Assembly: GCA_951406725.2 (NCBI GenBank)
Contig: OX597817.1
Span: 134,912,001 to 134,976,000 of the forward strand
Direction of reading: 5' to 3'
Source of the DNA: Octopus vulgaris
Lineage: Eukaryota
Length of the DNA: 64,000 bases
The notes under the pieces were generated by a model. It saw only the letters and a program-made list of their open reading frames with translations, did not search any database and was not told where the DNA came from. Positions 43,136 through 55,731 of the stretch are shown here, piece by piece. Each line of letters opens with the position of its first letter. Within the stretch, counting starts at the first letter, position 1. The position numbers and the translations under genes were made by a program.

Positions 43136-43203
<68 letters not shown>

Positions 43204-43350
43204 TACGACGGGCTTCTTTCAGTTTCCGTCTACCAAATCCACTCCGAGGCTATAGTAGAAGACACTTGCCCAAGGTGCCACGCAGTGGGACTGAACCCGG
43301 AACCATGTGGTTGGTAAACAAGCTATTTACCACACAGCCACTCCTGCGCC

Positions 43351-43351
<1 letters not shown>
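42915..43351 (-). mobile_element. SINE family A (young)
   Basis: Near-identical reverse complement of 2147-2553. Confidence 0.92.
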
Positions 43352-43384
<33 letters not shown>

Positions 43385-43761
43385 CGCTTGCGTCAGAAAT
43401 TAATTAGCACTTCTCAAATTTCTACATTAAATAGGTTAAATCAATTAACCTATGAGCTGTTCAAAACGTCTTACGCGATGAGAAAACTTAGTATGGTGTG
43501 ATTTCGGTCCTTGCGAGGCGCTACCTATATATATTAAACAAAGGAAGATTTGTCTGCATCCGCACTCCAAGTTGTTGCACTGCTATGTCAACATCATAAG
43601 GCTGTAGACTCTCAAACTGCTCTGCAAACAAAGTTACGTCATCGTTCTGCGCAACAGTGAACTCGCAACAAAGCAATAGTTCGAGATATGGCCACTAGGT
43701 GACAGCACATACCTTGAGTGAAGAGCAAATCAAGGGTGCTAATTAATTTCTGACGGTAGTG
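43385..43761. mobile_element. Tc1/mariner-type MITE
   Basis: Terminal inverted repeats CGCTTGCGTCAGAAATTAATTAGCAC / GTGCTAATTAATTTCTGACGGTAGTG, flanked by TA. Confidence 0.85.
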
Positions 43762-43818
43762 TATATATATATATATATATATCATATATATATTTATATA
43801 TATATTATCATATATATA

Positions 43819-43890
<72 letters not shown>

Positions 43891-44216
43891 TTGAAGACCG
43901 TAGACTCGGAATGTCAAAGACTTTTCCATTTTTCCCACCGTCAAACTTGGTCTTTTCTCACCTCTCTTCGTCTTTTTTTTTCTGTAAATTTGAACTATTT
44001 ATATACATATACATACATACATGCATACATGCATGCATGCATACATACATAGACATATAGATACATGTATGCATATATGTGTGTATGTATGTACGTATGT
44101 ATGTATGGATGGATGGATGCATGCATGTATCTGCGTGTGTGTGTATGGTGTGTATATGTGCGCGTTTGTGTAATTAATGAGACAAACGGAAGATGGAGAA
44201 TACGATAATCTTTATT

Positions 44217-44326
44217 GATCACTACGATTGTTTCGACCCATCTAGCATCAGTGTCTCGCGGTTGGGATGCTATACAACTGGTTTAGGCGTATCGCTCGGT
44301 GTTGATGAATCTCTTGAGGTGATATC
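44217..44326 (-). ncRNA. Degenerate hammerhead with enlarged stem II
   Basis: Minus strand: ATCAC-CTCAAGA-GATTCATC-(~60 nt)-GATGGGTC-GAAAC-AATC-GTA-GTGAT, followed by AATAAA. G5 is mutated to C. Confidence 0.6.
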
Positions 44327-44977
44327 TCGGTAAAATAAACTCGGTTTCGCAAAATTTCTTCTTGGTCTTCGTATACAGAAATGGCAAAATACGGGCTACA
44401 GCTTCATACTTATAGAAGATCCATAACAACTATCAAGATACAAAAAGAAATAAATACATAATACAGCGGAAAAAGTATTAAACATAACCTTTAGTAGAAA
44501 TGGATTTACATACGCTCACACAAACGTGGTCTGACGCACGGCCACTAGCTCGTACAAACTCACACGCACACACAAGCACATAAAATCGTGGGGTCCGGTG
44601 CACATAGGCTCGCACACAAAATTTATTTGTTATCGATAAATTCAATGGCTATTGCGGGCTAGTGATATGACACCACCAGGTGAGGATTCACACATCTTAT
44701 GATGCAGTCCACTGAGTCTGGTATTCTTATAGCTGTTGTGCAGTCATAAATACGGTCATAAACACTGCCACGATAGACGTGTATTTTTTTAATGAACAGC
44801 TAATGAAACAACGCGTAGAAAGCATCAATGCCAGCGTCAGGATTTCCAGTGTGGTTAGTCATAGGTTTTTTTGCGCTTTCATTCCACGGTGATCAACACC
44901 TATTGAGTGACACAAGTCAATATTTATCGCACTTTAAGCGGTTTACAATGGCCAAGGCGTATCCCAGTTATGCTGGT

Positions 44978-45280
44978 ACGAGGGTGAGTCAAAAAGTAAT
45001 GCCATTTTCTTTAGGACGGGTATAATTACCAACACAGGAACATATATCATACATCAAAATGAAGCTGGTCCTCTGTGGATCACATCCCTACTTCTCAACA
45101 TAGTCACCGTTTCTCTCAATAGCAATGTTCCACCTTCGAATGAGAGCATGTCTCCCTGCCTCGTAAAATCCTGTTGACCGTTCTTTGAGCCACTTTTTCA
45201 CTAAAGTTTTCATTTCCTCGTCACTGGACTATCATTTCTTCGACCCCATGAAAGATGGTTTGAGAGGCAAACATTATTCT
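44978..45280 (+). mobile_element. Mariner internal-deletion remnant
   Basis: TA-CGAGGGTGAGTCAAAAAGT TIR-like start; DYHFFDPMKDGLRGKHY resembles the mariner (SPDLAPS)DYHLF motif. Confidence 0.7.
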
Positions 45281-45289
45281 TTCACCACA

Positions 45290-45505
45290 TTATACTCTCA
45301 CGCTTTCTTCCTGTTTCTGTTGTACCTGTATTTCAAAGGGCCAGCCTTGTCACACTCTGTGGCACGCTGAATCTCTCCTAGAACTACGTTAAGGGTACAC
45401 ATGTCTTCGGAGTACTCAGCCACTTACATGTGAATTTTACGAGCAGGCTCTTGCATTGATCGGACCAACTAGAACCCTCGTCGTCGTACCCGACAGAGTA
45501 CCGCG
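45290..45505 (+). mobile_element. SINE family B, 3' half
   Basis: Matches 35735-35935. Confidence 0.8.
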
Positions 45506-45835
45506 ATAGGTATGTACACATGCGTATGTGTGTCTGTGTGTCTAAGGACTTATATATATATATATATATATGTAAGTGTAGAAGTGTAACTATGTATATA
45601 TATTGGCGTCTCTGTAATTAAGATATTTGAAGTAACAAGGTTTCTCATAATCAATGAAAACGTACTAAATATATGATATATATAAATGTGTGTGTGCGCG
45701 TGCGTGTGTGTGTGCGTGTGTTTGTGTATATGTATGTATGTATTATATATATATAAGTGTATATATAAATATATATTTATATATATATGTATATATATAC
45801 ATACATATATTTATATATATTCACAAGTATATATA

Positions 45836-45930
<95 letters not shown>

Positions 45931-46522
45931 ATATATATACATATATGTATATGTGTATGTATATATACATCTACATCTACATGTACACATACATACAAAT
46001 ATTTACCCATATACTCACGCACGCGTCCATATTCATTGTCTCTAAGGATCCTTTGATCTGTAACTTTCTGATAACAACTTCGACTGGCGGGTCTAAAACT
46101 CGTCGCTATAATAATAAATACCGTTGTTTATTATTAATTTCATAGAAGTGGTATTAAATGAGGATTCTTCTCGGCCTCTTTGTAATTATCATTAATCTTT
46201 GATTGGTCCTTCCTAATCTTTCCTTGCTAACGCTAAATTCTGGATGTTGAATCAAATTTATTGATTAATTGATAGTGCTTTTGTTGCTTGGTTTTAATTT
46301 TACATCGCCATTCACGAACGTTTGTTCCGTTGTTTGTAGGCCAATCATTTATATCTTCCTTTGTCTGGCGACTGGAATAACAGGGGAATGTTTGTAATGC
46401 GATGCAGAGCAAATATTTCAAGTTAACTAGCTCCGTGTAAGAGAACAGAAAACGGTTTTCAGAATTTCTCTCCCATGCTCTTATCCCTCAATTACAGGAA
46501 CGGTGATATATGTATATATATA

Positions 46523-46905
46523 TGGCTGTGTGGTAAGTAGCTTGTTAACCAACCACATGGTTCCGGGTTCAGTCCTACTGCGTGGCACCTTGGGCAAGTG
46601 TCTTCTGCTATAGCCCTGGGCCGACCAATGCCTTGTGAGTGGATTTGGTAGACGGAAACTGAAAGAAGCCTGTCGTATATATGTATGTATGTGTATGTAT
46701 ATGTTTGTGCGTCTGTGTTTGTCCTCCTAGCATTGCTTGACAACCGATGCTGGTGTGTTTATGTCCCCGTCACTTAGCGGTTCGGCAAAAAGAGACCGAT
46801 AGAATAAGTACTGGGCTTACAAAGAATAAGTCCCGGGGTCGATCTGCTCGACTAAAGGCGGTGCTCCAGCATGGCCGCAGTCAAATGACTGAAACAAGTA
46901 AAAAA
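46523..46905 (+). mobile_element. SINE family A (young)
   Basis: Near-identical to 2159-2540. Confidence 0.92.
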
Positions 46906-46951
<46 letters not shown>

Positions 46952-46996
46952 TACTTTTTCCACCGTCTTCCCTTCCTTGGATCTTTCTTTTTCCTA

Positions 46997-47033
46997 TGTT
47001 TCTGACGAAGAGCTCCGCTCGAAACGTTAAATA
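46997..47033 (+). ncRNA. Minimal type-I hammerhead ribozyme
   Basis: TGTTT-CTGACGA-A-GAGC-TCC-GCTC-GAAA-C-GTT-AAATA, within a ~185-bp element between TA repeats. Confidence 0.8.
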
Positions 47034-47133
47034 CTCATTCTTTCTTTCTTTTCTTGAGCGTCCAACAACACTACACTTGTTCCACTTCCTCACGTTGTTG
47101 TGTTTTCTCTTTGTGTTTTCCCGATTGGATTAA

Positions 47134-47179
<46 letters not shown>

Positions 47180-47297
47180 CACACATATATATGGTAGGTA
47201 AAGACATTTAATAATATATAATATATATATATAATATATATATAATATATATAATATATATATATATAATATATATATAATATATAATATATATATA

Positions 47298-47359
<62 letters not shown>

Positions 47360-47367
47360 CATATATA

Positions 47368-47658
47368 CTCTCTTTACTCTTTACTCTTTTACTTGTTTCA
47401 GTCCTTTTGACTGTGGCTATGCTGGAGCACCGCCTTTAGTCGACCAAATCGACCCCAGGACTTATTGTTTGTAAGCCTAGTACTTATTCTATCGGTCCCT
47501 TTTGCCGAACCGCTAAGTTTCGGGTACGTAAACACTCCAGCATCGGTTGTCAAACGATGTTGGGGGGACAAACACAGACACACAAACATACACACACACA
47601 TACATACATATATACGACGGGCTTCATTCAGTTTCCGTCTACCAAATCCACTCACAAG
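47368..47658 (-). mobile_element. SINE family A (5'-truncated)
   Basis: Reverse-complement match to family A. Confidence 0.88.
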
Positions 47659-47940
47659 ACTATATATATATAGGGCGAGAGTGAGATGGGGAGAGAGAGA
47701 GGAGTAGGGAGACACACACAGAAAACAGGATTCATTAGAATCTTGTCACATCAACTCGTGAGACGCCAGTATATTACGCCAGTTGCGTAATGTTAAGTTC
47801 ACAATGAATTAAAAACACCAATTAGATGTCATGTATTAATAAAATAGGAGATTGAATGTGTAATAGAACTTTTTGAGTACAGATTTTGCTCATTCTCGAA
47901 TTTATAGCGGTACGTAAGCCGACTCAAGAAATCTCCAGTA

Positions 47941-48009
47941 AGACTCTTTATTGGCATACCTGAAGAGACCCAGAACGGGTCGAAACATGTGTTGTACCCA
48001 ATAAAGTCT
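47941..48009 (+). ncRNA. Type-I hammerhead ribozyme with long stem I
   Basis: CTTTATTGG-CA-TAC-CTGAAGA-GACCC-AGAAC-GGGTC-GAAAC-ATGT-GTT-GTA-C-CCAATAAAG. Canonical core; stem I has an internal loop. Confidence 0.9.
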
Positions 48010-48334
48010 ATTACACATTCCATCTCCTACGAAGTTCCTGCAGTAACTCTACGAATAACAACAGGTAATCGAAACTGTGCAGGTATTTTTCTCATCAACC
48101 ATTTATACATTTTGTCTCGGTTCTCGAACAAGTCTGATCACGAATAAATCGTGCTTTATATATACCTATATATTTATATTCCGTTTTTATGTTGTTTGTG
48201 TTTTATGCTCTCGTTTCTCATTTTGTTCATGTTGTTTTTGATGTCCTGCACCCATTTATGCATGTATATATACATATATATGTAGGTATGTACATATATG
48301 TATGTATGTCATGTATTAATAAAATACATATATA

Positions 48335-48494
48335 TATATAACTTACTTGGAAATAGGTGTGTGGCGTTCGATCATATAATAATATAAATAATATATAGAT
48401 ATATGCATATATACATATATATGCATATATTTATATATTATTTATATTATTATATGATCGAACGCCACACACCTATTTCCAAGTAAGTTATATA
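48335..48494. repeat. Near-perfect 160-bp palindrome
   Basis: Arms of about 79 bp (ACTTACTTGGAAATAGGTGTGTGGCGTTCGATCAT...) with one mismatch and a 2-nt spacer. Confidence 0.95.
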
Positions 48495-48690
48495 CATGAA
48501 ACAATTGTAGTGGCGGTTTTTTTACTTTTTATTAAAATTTTATGTATTGATTAAGTCTTTCCTTGTTTGTTTTGCAAAATAGTGGTTTTGTCTCTAATTA
48601 ATATTATATAATATTTTACTATAAAATTGGATTTAATCCTAATTCTGATTTTTTCCCTGTAAATTTGGATTTATTCCCTAATATTTATTA

Positions 48691-49234
<544 letters not shown>

Positions 49235-49299
49235 AATATATATATATATATAAAGCACGATTTATTCGCAATGAGAGTTGTTCGAAAACCGAGGTACTA

Positions 49300-49342
<43 letters not shown>

Positions 49343-49639
49343 TATATAAGCATGTATGCATGTATCTATTTATAAGAAGCGGAAAATTTCTTGGCTTTAA
49401 GAGTGTCGCGAATGGCCGAGTTGGAGGCCCAATCTTCTGTGTTCTGTTACAGGGCTTAAAAACTGAAGAACCGATGTAATAAGTGTGTGAATCTGAGAAA
49501 AGAATGTGCTGAACATAATCATAATTAACTGATCCTGCTGTATTTCTTTTTACCCAATGCCAGGATCTTTTCAACACCCTCTTACATATATAATTTCCCA
49601 GCCTCCCATAAATATCATAAAATATTTTCTAAGAGATCA

Positions 49640-49789
49640 GTGAGAATTTCATATTCCACTCTCCCAAACATGGCTACCATAATAGCTAGACTTAATAGTA
49701 AAAACATAAATTTAGCCAGGAGTAGAATGAATAGTAACAACAATGATAGTAATAATAATTGTAAAAGTAGCAATAATAATAGTAATAAA

Positions 49790-49871
<82 letters not shown>

Positions 49872-50536
49872 GTAATAATAAAAATAATATTAATAATGAT
49901 GATGATAATAATAATAATAATAATAATAACAACATTGATGTAAATAGTAATAATAACAATACCAATAATATAGGTAGTATAGATAAAAGTATGGTAGGTG
50001 ATGATGGTGAGGATGCATTAATAACTAGTAACCCTAATTTGCATAACAACGTAATTACTAATAATGAAAGTGAACTGTCCTTAAATAATTCCAGTACCGG
50101 ACATTATCCCCCCAGTTGTAATTGTAGGATTAGATCAAAATGTCCGGTATCTGGTCGTTGTTCGGTCCAAAACGTAATTTATAAATGCACGATAACTTCT
50201 AACTATAGCTTTCTTTATTTCGGTTGTTCGGTGGATTTTAAAAGACGTCTTAACAATCATTTTTCCTCTTTTAGGCTCAAACATAAGGCAGGTTGCACAA
50301 CATTATCTAGCAAAATTTGGGAACTAAAAACAAATAATATAGAATTCAACCTAAAATGGGAAATAGTAAGAAGGGCGCAACCTTATAGAAATAGTAGGGA
50401 TGGTTGTCAACTTTGTTCTATGGAAACTTATGAAATTTTGAAACATCAGAGTAATACAAATCTGTTGAATAACCGTTTAGAGTTGGGAGGATCTTGTATA
50501 CATCGTACAACCCGAACGTTTAAATACTTTAAATAA
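49640..50536 (+). CDS. C-terminal GIY-YIG endonuclease of a Penelope-like element (truncated), with a poly-Asn insert
   Basis: [22 protein letters not shown], then CNCR..CP..G.C...VIYKC...YFG...FKRR..H..SF...TLSSKIWELK...WEI....Y.....CQLC..E...LLNNR.E...C.H. Confidence 0.8.
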
Positions 50537-50922
50537 TAATTTTGTGAGTATTCCTATATTTTTCAAATTTTAATTCTTTATAATCAAATAAGGACCACTT
50601 GACATTGACCTAGTTCTCTCATCAAGTAGTAGTAATTGGCATTTAGTAGTGACAATTGCTGTCCTCCACATGAATTCCTTTTATGGAGCTCTGAAACCTC
50701 CTTTACCCCATTTCTATAATTAGAAAATCTTTATTGCTTCCTTCAACCTATTTCTCACAACTTTACAGCAGTTTGGAACAACTAAATCTTAGTCAGTCAG
50801 TTGAGGGACTCCACCACCTCATATGTTCTTAAAATTTAAATCCACATCATTGTCTATATATCTACCTTCTCTATAATGTTACCACTTGATTTGAAAATTT
50901 TTGTATTAATGGAAAACCTCTA

Positions 50923-51015
50923 TAATTGGCTGATGAGTACTCAGCATCTTAAATCTGTTGTAATACTTACAATATTCAATAAAATGACGTTGTACGAAAC
51001 GATCGTGCCAAATTA
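50923..51015 (+). ncRNA. Hammerhead ribozyme in the Penelope pseudo-LTR (cleavage triplet reads GUG)
   Basis: TAATTGG-CTGATGA-GTAC-(51 nt)-GTAC-GAAAC-GATC-GTG-CCAAATTA. Confidence 0.75.
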
Positions 51016-51187
51016 CCGGAGTCATTCTTGCTGCTTATTCTGATTATAATCACCCCACGGATTTTTATGGATAACACCATACAAGTTTCTGGTGCATCTA
51101 AATTAAGTACCATATTCATTTCAATCTAAATTTTTGTTATACATATATATATGTGTGTGTGTGTGTGTGTGTACATATACGCTATAT

Positions 51188-51612
51188 TCTTTTATTCTTT
51201 CATTTGTTTCAGTCATTTGACTGCGGCCATGATGTGGCCATGCTGCGGCCATGCTGCGGCCATGCTGCGGCCATGCTACGGCCATGCTGCGGCCATGCTG
51301 CGGCCATGCTGCGGCCATGCTGCGGCACCGCCTTTAGTCGAGCAAATCGACCCCATGACTTATTCCTTGTAAGCCTAGTACTAAGTTACGGGGACGCAAA
51401 CACACCAGCATCGTTTCTCAAGTAATGTTGGGGGACAAACACAGACGCACAAATATATACACATATCTATACATACTTACACACACGCACACACACATAT
51501 ATATATATATTAGTCGGCCTGTAGCTATAGTAGAAGACACTTGGCGAAGGTGCCACGCTGTGGGACTGAACCAGGAACCAAGTAGTTGGTAAGCAAGCTA
51601 CTTAACACACAT
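51188..51612 (-). mobile_element. SINE family A with an internal 11-bp minisatellite
   Basis: About nine copies of GCGGCCATGCT at about 51223-51326. Confidence 0.85.
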
Positions 51613-51621
51613 GCACTACTC

Positions 51622-51655
<34 letters not shown>

Positions 51656-51848
51656 TGTATACACACACACACACACTCACACGCATGCATATTAACATAC
51701 ACATATTCACACACACACTTACACACACACATGCATATCCTGGCAGTAATGTTATTAAGCCTGAAAGAATAAAAAGTAAATTTCTTTCTTTCTCTCTTTC
51801 TCTCTCTATCTATTTATTTCTATCTCTCTCTTTCTTTCTCTCTCTCTT

Positions 51849-51937
<89 letters not shown>

Positions 51938-52689
51938 CTCACTTTACCGCTGTCTTTCCTTCTCTCTCACCGGCGGAATTCGATCCGACAACAACGAAAT
52001 AATCAATTAGCCTCAGACAGATTCTAGCTTTCTCACTAATTTGGTCACTTCCACTCGTTGTCCCTCACGAATACAGCCCCTGATCGTATGAGCATGGTGG
52101 TGGTGGTGGTGGTGGTTGCGGCGGCGGCGGCAGCAGCAGCGGTGGTGGCGGTGGTGGTGGTGACGGTGGCGGCGACGGCGGCGGCGGCGGTGGTGGTGGT
52201 GGTGGTGGTGGTGGTGGTGGTGATGGCGGTGGCTGCGGCGGTGGTGGTGGTGGTGGCAGTGGCGGCGGCGGCGATGGTGGTGGTCGTGTCAGTGGTGGAG
52301 GCGAAGGGATTGATGACAGTTCTGATTGTCGCTGTATCTCTGTTCACCGAAGAAAGTCAACAGAACCAAATAGGTTTCCGTGAAAAGGGATACTAAATCA
52401 ATAATCCATTGATACCACAAAATCAATATTCAATCAACCGCCAACTCCCACCCCACCCACAGATTCATATTAAAATCACAAATGGAGAAACTATGATTAC
52501 TTAACGTAAAGCTGTTACTACTGGGAATCGAAACTACGATATCAGAATTACTGCACGGTCCTTACTTATACGGAATCTGCCAACTAATATTTGTGCTTCA
52601 CAAATATCATTTATTTTCAGCGCAGCGTTTATCTTCCTCATGTTTCTCTTGTTGCACTATGACCATGCTGGAGCACCATCTGAAAGGGT

Positions 52690-52889
52690 TTACTCTCTTA
52701 CTCTTTTACTTGTTTCAGTCATTTGACTGTGGCCATGCCGGAGCACCGCCTTTAGTCGAGCAAATTGACCCCAGGACTTATTGTTTGTAAGCCTAGTACT
52801 CATTCTGTCGGTCTCTTTTGCCGAACTGCTAAGTTACGGGGACGTAAACACACCAGCATCGGTCGTCAAGTGATGTTGGGGAGACAAAA

Positions 52890-52970
<81 letters not shown>

Positions 52971-53133
52971 GACAGGCTTCTTTCAGTTTCTATCTACCAA
53001 ATCCACTCACAAGGCTTTGGTCGGCCCGAGGCTATAGTAGAAGACACTTGCCCAAGGTGCCACGCAGTAGGACTGAGCCCGGAACCATGTGGTTGGTAAG
53101 CAAGCTACTTACCACACATCCACTCCTACGCCT
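52690..53133 (-). mobile_element. SINE family A (young), nested
   Basis: Full reverse-complement match to family A. Confidence 0.92.
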
Positions 53134-53134
53134 A

Positions 53135-53442
53135 TTAGTCAACCTTTTTTTGCCTATGAACCCTCCTTGATTCGCATTTTACTCGAGTGGACCCTCACAA
53201 CCATTCTATGCTTTAGAAAATCCTATCATGTTTTTATAATTAATAATTCTTAAGAATTGTATAAGAAATTGTTAACATATTTTGTTCATTGTAGAGGTAT
53301 AACCAATTTATTGCAGATAAACTTTAACAGCAAGATCTTATAAGGACCCCTAAGAGTCAGACAGGTCCCTAAGGGCCATATGGACCCCCTAAAGGGCAGA
53401 TGTACCGCTAAGAGCCAGATGGGCCCCGATTGAGAATCACTG
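53135..53442 (-). mobile_element. hAT-like MITE with internal ~20-bp subterminal repeats
   Basis: Ends TTGAGAATCACTG; homologous to 13138-13395; about five GGACCCCTAAG.GCCAGAT-like units. Confidence 0.75.
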
Positions 53443-53780
53443 GTTTAGTCGAACAAATTAACCCAACTACTTATTCTTTTAAAAGTCTTGTACATATTCT
53501 ATCGACCTAACTTGCCGAACTGCTAAGTTACGAGGACGTAAACAAACCAACATTAATTGTCAAGCTTTGAGTGAAGGGCAACACAAACCCAAACACAAAA
53601 GCACAAGCACACACGCACGTATCTATGTGTGTATAAATGGACAAGTATATATAACGGTCTTCCACAGTTTCCTTCCACGAAATCCATCTACAAAATACAA
53701 AATTACCTAAACTGTAACGCAGTGGGACTGAACATGAAACTAGGTGGTTGTAAAGTGAACTTCTTAACCACTCGGCCATG
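53443..53780 (-). mobile_element. Older SINE family A, split by the MITE and younger SINE (tail at about 52630-52690)
   Basis: GCTGGAGCACC at about 52667 continues as TTTAGTCGAACAAAT at 53444. Confidence 0.7.
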
Positions 53781-54157
53781 CTTTTACCTACTTAGTACGC
53801 TAAAATGTATATTTATTTATAAAATGTCGAGACTAGTTATTATTCGACATAAACAATGCAACATAATGGAAAGTAGAACGGCTGTTTGACTTCTTTGTAC
53901 ATAATCAAAACGATGCAAAGCCTAATGTATGTAAATTGGTCGAGTGTTGAGACTGTCTCTAAGTCTGATACATGGATAACAGCAAGCGGACAGCGTACTA
54001 GAGTGTGGCTAAACAACATCTCTTATATTACCCCGATGGCATAAATGTTGCAGGGAACCGTTGAAAAGAAAAACCTTAAAGAGAGGTATAAAATCCTAGG
54101 AATGCATAGCCGACAATGAAGGACCTACCGGGCAGAGCAAACCGTACGTAACTTAGC

Positions 54158-54214
<57 letters not shown>

Positions 54215-54240
54215 TGGTATAAAGCTGTCGATAACTGATA

Positions 54241-54370
54241 TATGAGGTGAGGTCAAAAAGTATCCGACATTGATTTTTCTTTTTTGCACAAAAAAATAAT
54301 GCGTGAGCAAAATCCGCATGGATATTAGGTGCCCGTGTCCTTCCTGAGCATGCGCAAACATTTTCATGAT
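54241..54370 (+). mobile_element. Mariner-like terminal fragment
   Basis: TATGAGGTGAGGTCAAAAAGT resembles the TIR at 44978. Confidence 0.4.
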
Positions 54371-54687
54371 GAGTGCAAATATCCGTCGAATGTAAATAAT
54401 GTAAATAATGTAATATATCACTGTTTCTAAGGTAAAACCGCTTATCATGGATACATAACTCTGTAATTGATATATGATCATTTGTAATACATACGTATCT
54501 GTTTTTAACTTATATATAACCGTTTATAACTTATTCATAACATATTCATGACTGTTTATAATTGGTATATAACTGCTTTTGATATACAACTCGTTAAAGT
54601 TGTCATATGACTTTCTATAACTGACATATAACTGTATGTAATACATGTATAACCACTTATAACTGAATTGGGGTTTTTTTGTATATA

Positions 54688-55006
54688 AGGCGCAGGCGTG
54701 GCTGTGTGGTAAGTAGCTTACTTACCAACCACATGGTTCTGGGTTCAGTCCCACAGCGTGGCACCTTGGGCAAGTGTCTTCTACTATATCCTCGGGCCGA
54801 CCAAAGCCTTGTGAGTGGATATGGTAGACGGAAAACTGAAAGAAGCCCGTTGTATATGTATATACCTTGTTATTTCTGTGTCCCTTTCTGTAGAAGAGCG
54901 TAGGCTCGAAACGTAAAAGACTTTTTCTATTCTTGAACGTTATACTAACACAACTGTTTGTTTTGTACACCACCTGTCTTCGTCTTTTGTTCTTTTCGTA
55001 AACTCT

Positions 55007-55058
<52 letters not shown>

Positions 55059-55262
55059 GTCTGCGTCTGTACCCCATCATCGCTTGACAACCGATCCTGG
55101 TGTGCTTACGTCCCCGTAACTTAGCGGTTCAGCTAAAGGGGCCGATAGAATAAGTACTAAGCTTACAAAGAATAAGTCCTGGGGTCGATTTGTTCGACTA
55201 AAGCCTGTGCTCCAGCATGGCCGCAGTCAAATGACTGAAACAAATAGAAGATTAAAAGAATG
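54688..55262 (+). mobile_element. SINE family A with a hammerhead-bearing insertion in its central microsatellite
   Basis: Family A halves flank an insert at about 54865-55010. Confidence 0.88.
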
Positions 55263-55414
55263 AAATAACTGCTTATAACTGAATATAACCGTTTCTGATC
55301 CCTTTTACTAGTTTTAACTGTTTGTGGACCTAACTTTGAGCATTATGCGCAGTCGCTGCTGTACTTAACTCTCATTAACAATTTGTAATTTAGAGCACAA
55401 CACTACAACGAAGG

Positions 55415-55612
55415 ATTTGTGCTGTCTATAGTTCTATATTTAAGAGATGAGGAATTATGTACATTATTTACATTATTTACATTTGACGGATATTTGTCCT
55501 CATCTTGTTTGTTGTTAACACAACATTTTGGCTGATATACCCTCCAGCCTTCATCAGATATCTTGGAGAAATTTGGAACTTGGATTCTCATTCCTAAGGT
55601 ATTTTTCGTTGT
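55415..55612 (-). mobile_element. Second copy of the 12905-13057 element, hammerhead core mutated
   Basis: Minus strand: CTGATGAAGGCTGGAGGGTATATCAGCC-AAAA-TGTT (GAAAC changed to AAAAT). Confidence 0.8.
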
Positions 55613-55620
55613 TATTATTA

Positions 55621-55731
<111 letters not shown>

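Larger units (their letters stand above)
49590..51120 (+). mobile_element. 5'-truncated Penelope-like element (Naiad-type endonuclease) with 3' pseudo-LTR
   Basis: GIY-YIG ORF followed by an AT-rich UTR containing a hammerhead motif; ends at a TA/TG repeat. Confidence 0.85.

Noticed and set aside
46040-46490. Minus-strand ORF-like segment possibly from a Penelope N-terminus
   Set aside because: No diagnostic motif recognised; needs a profile search.
49640-50536. Possible selenocysteine recoding, as reported for some Naiad elements
   Set aside because: The surviving ORF has no in-frame TGA and I could not identify a SECIS element.
53340-53430. CRISPR-like repeats (also 51223-51326 and 42330-42380)
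   Set aside because: Tandem units without unique spacers, no cas genes, eukaryotic context.
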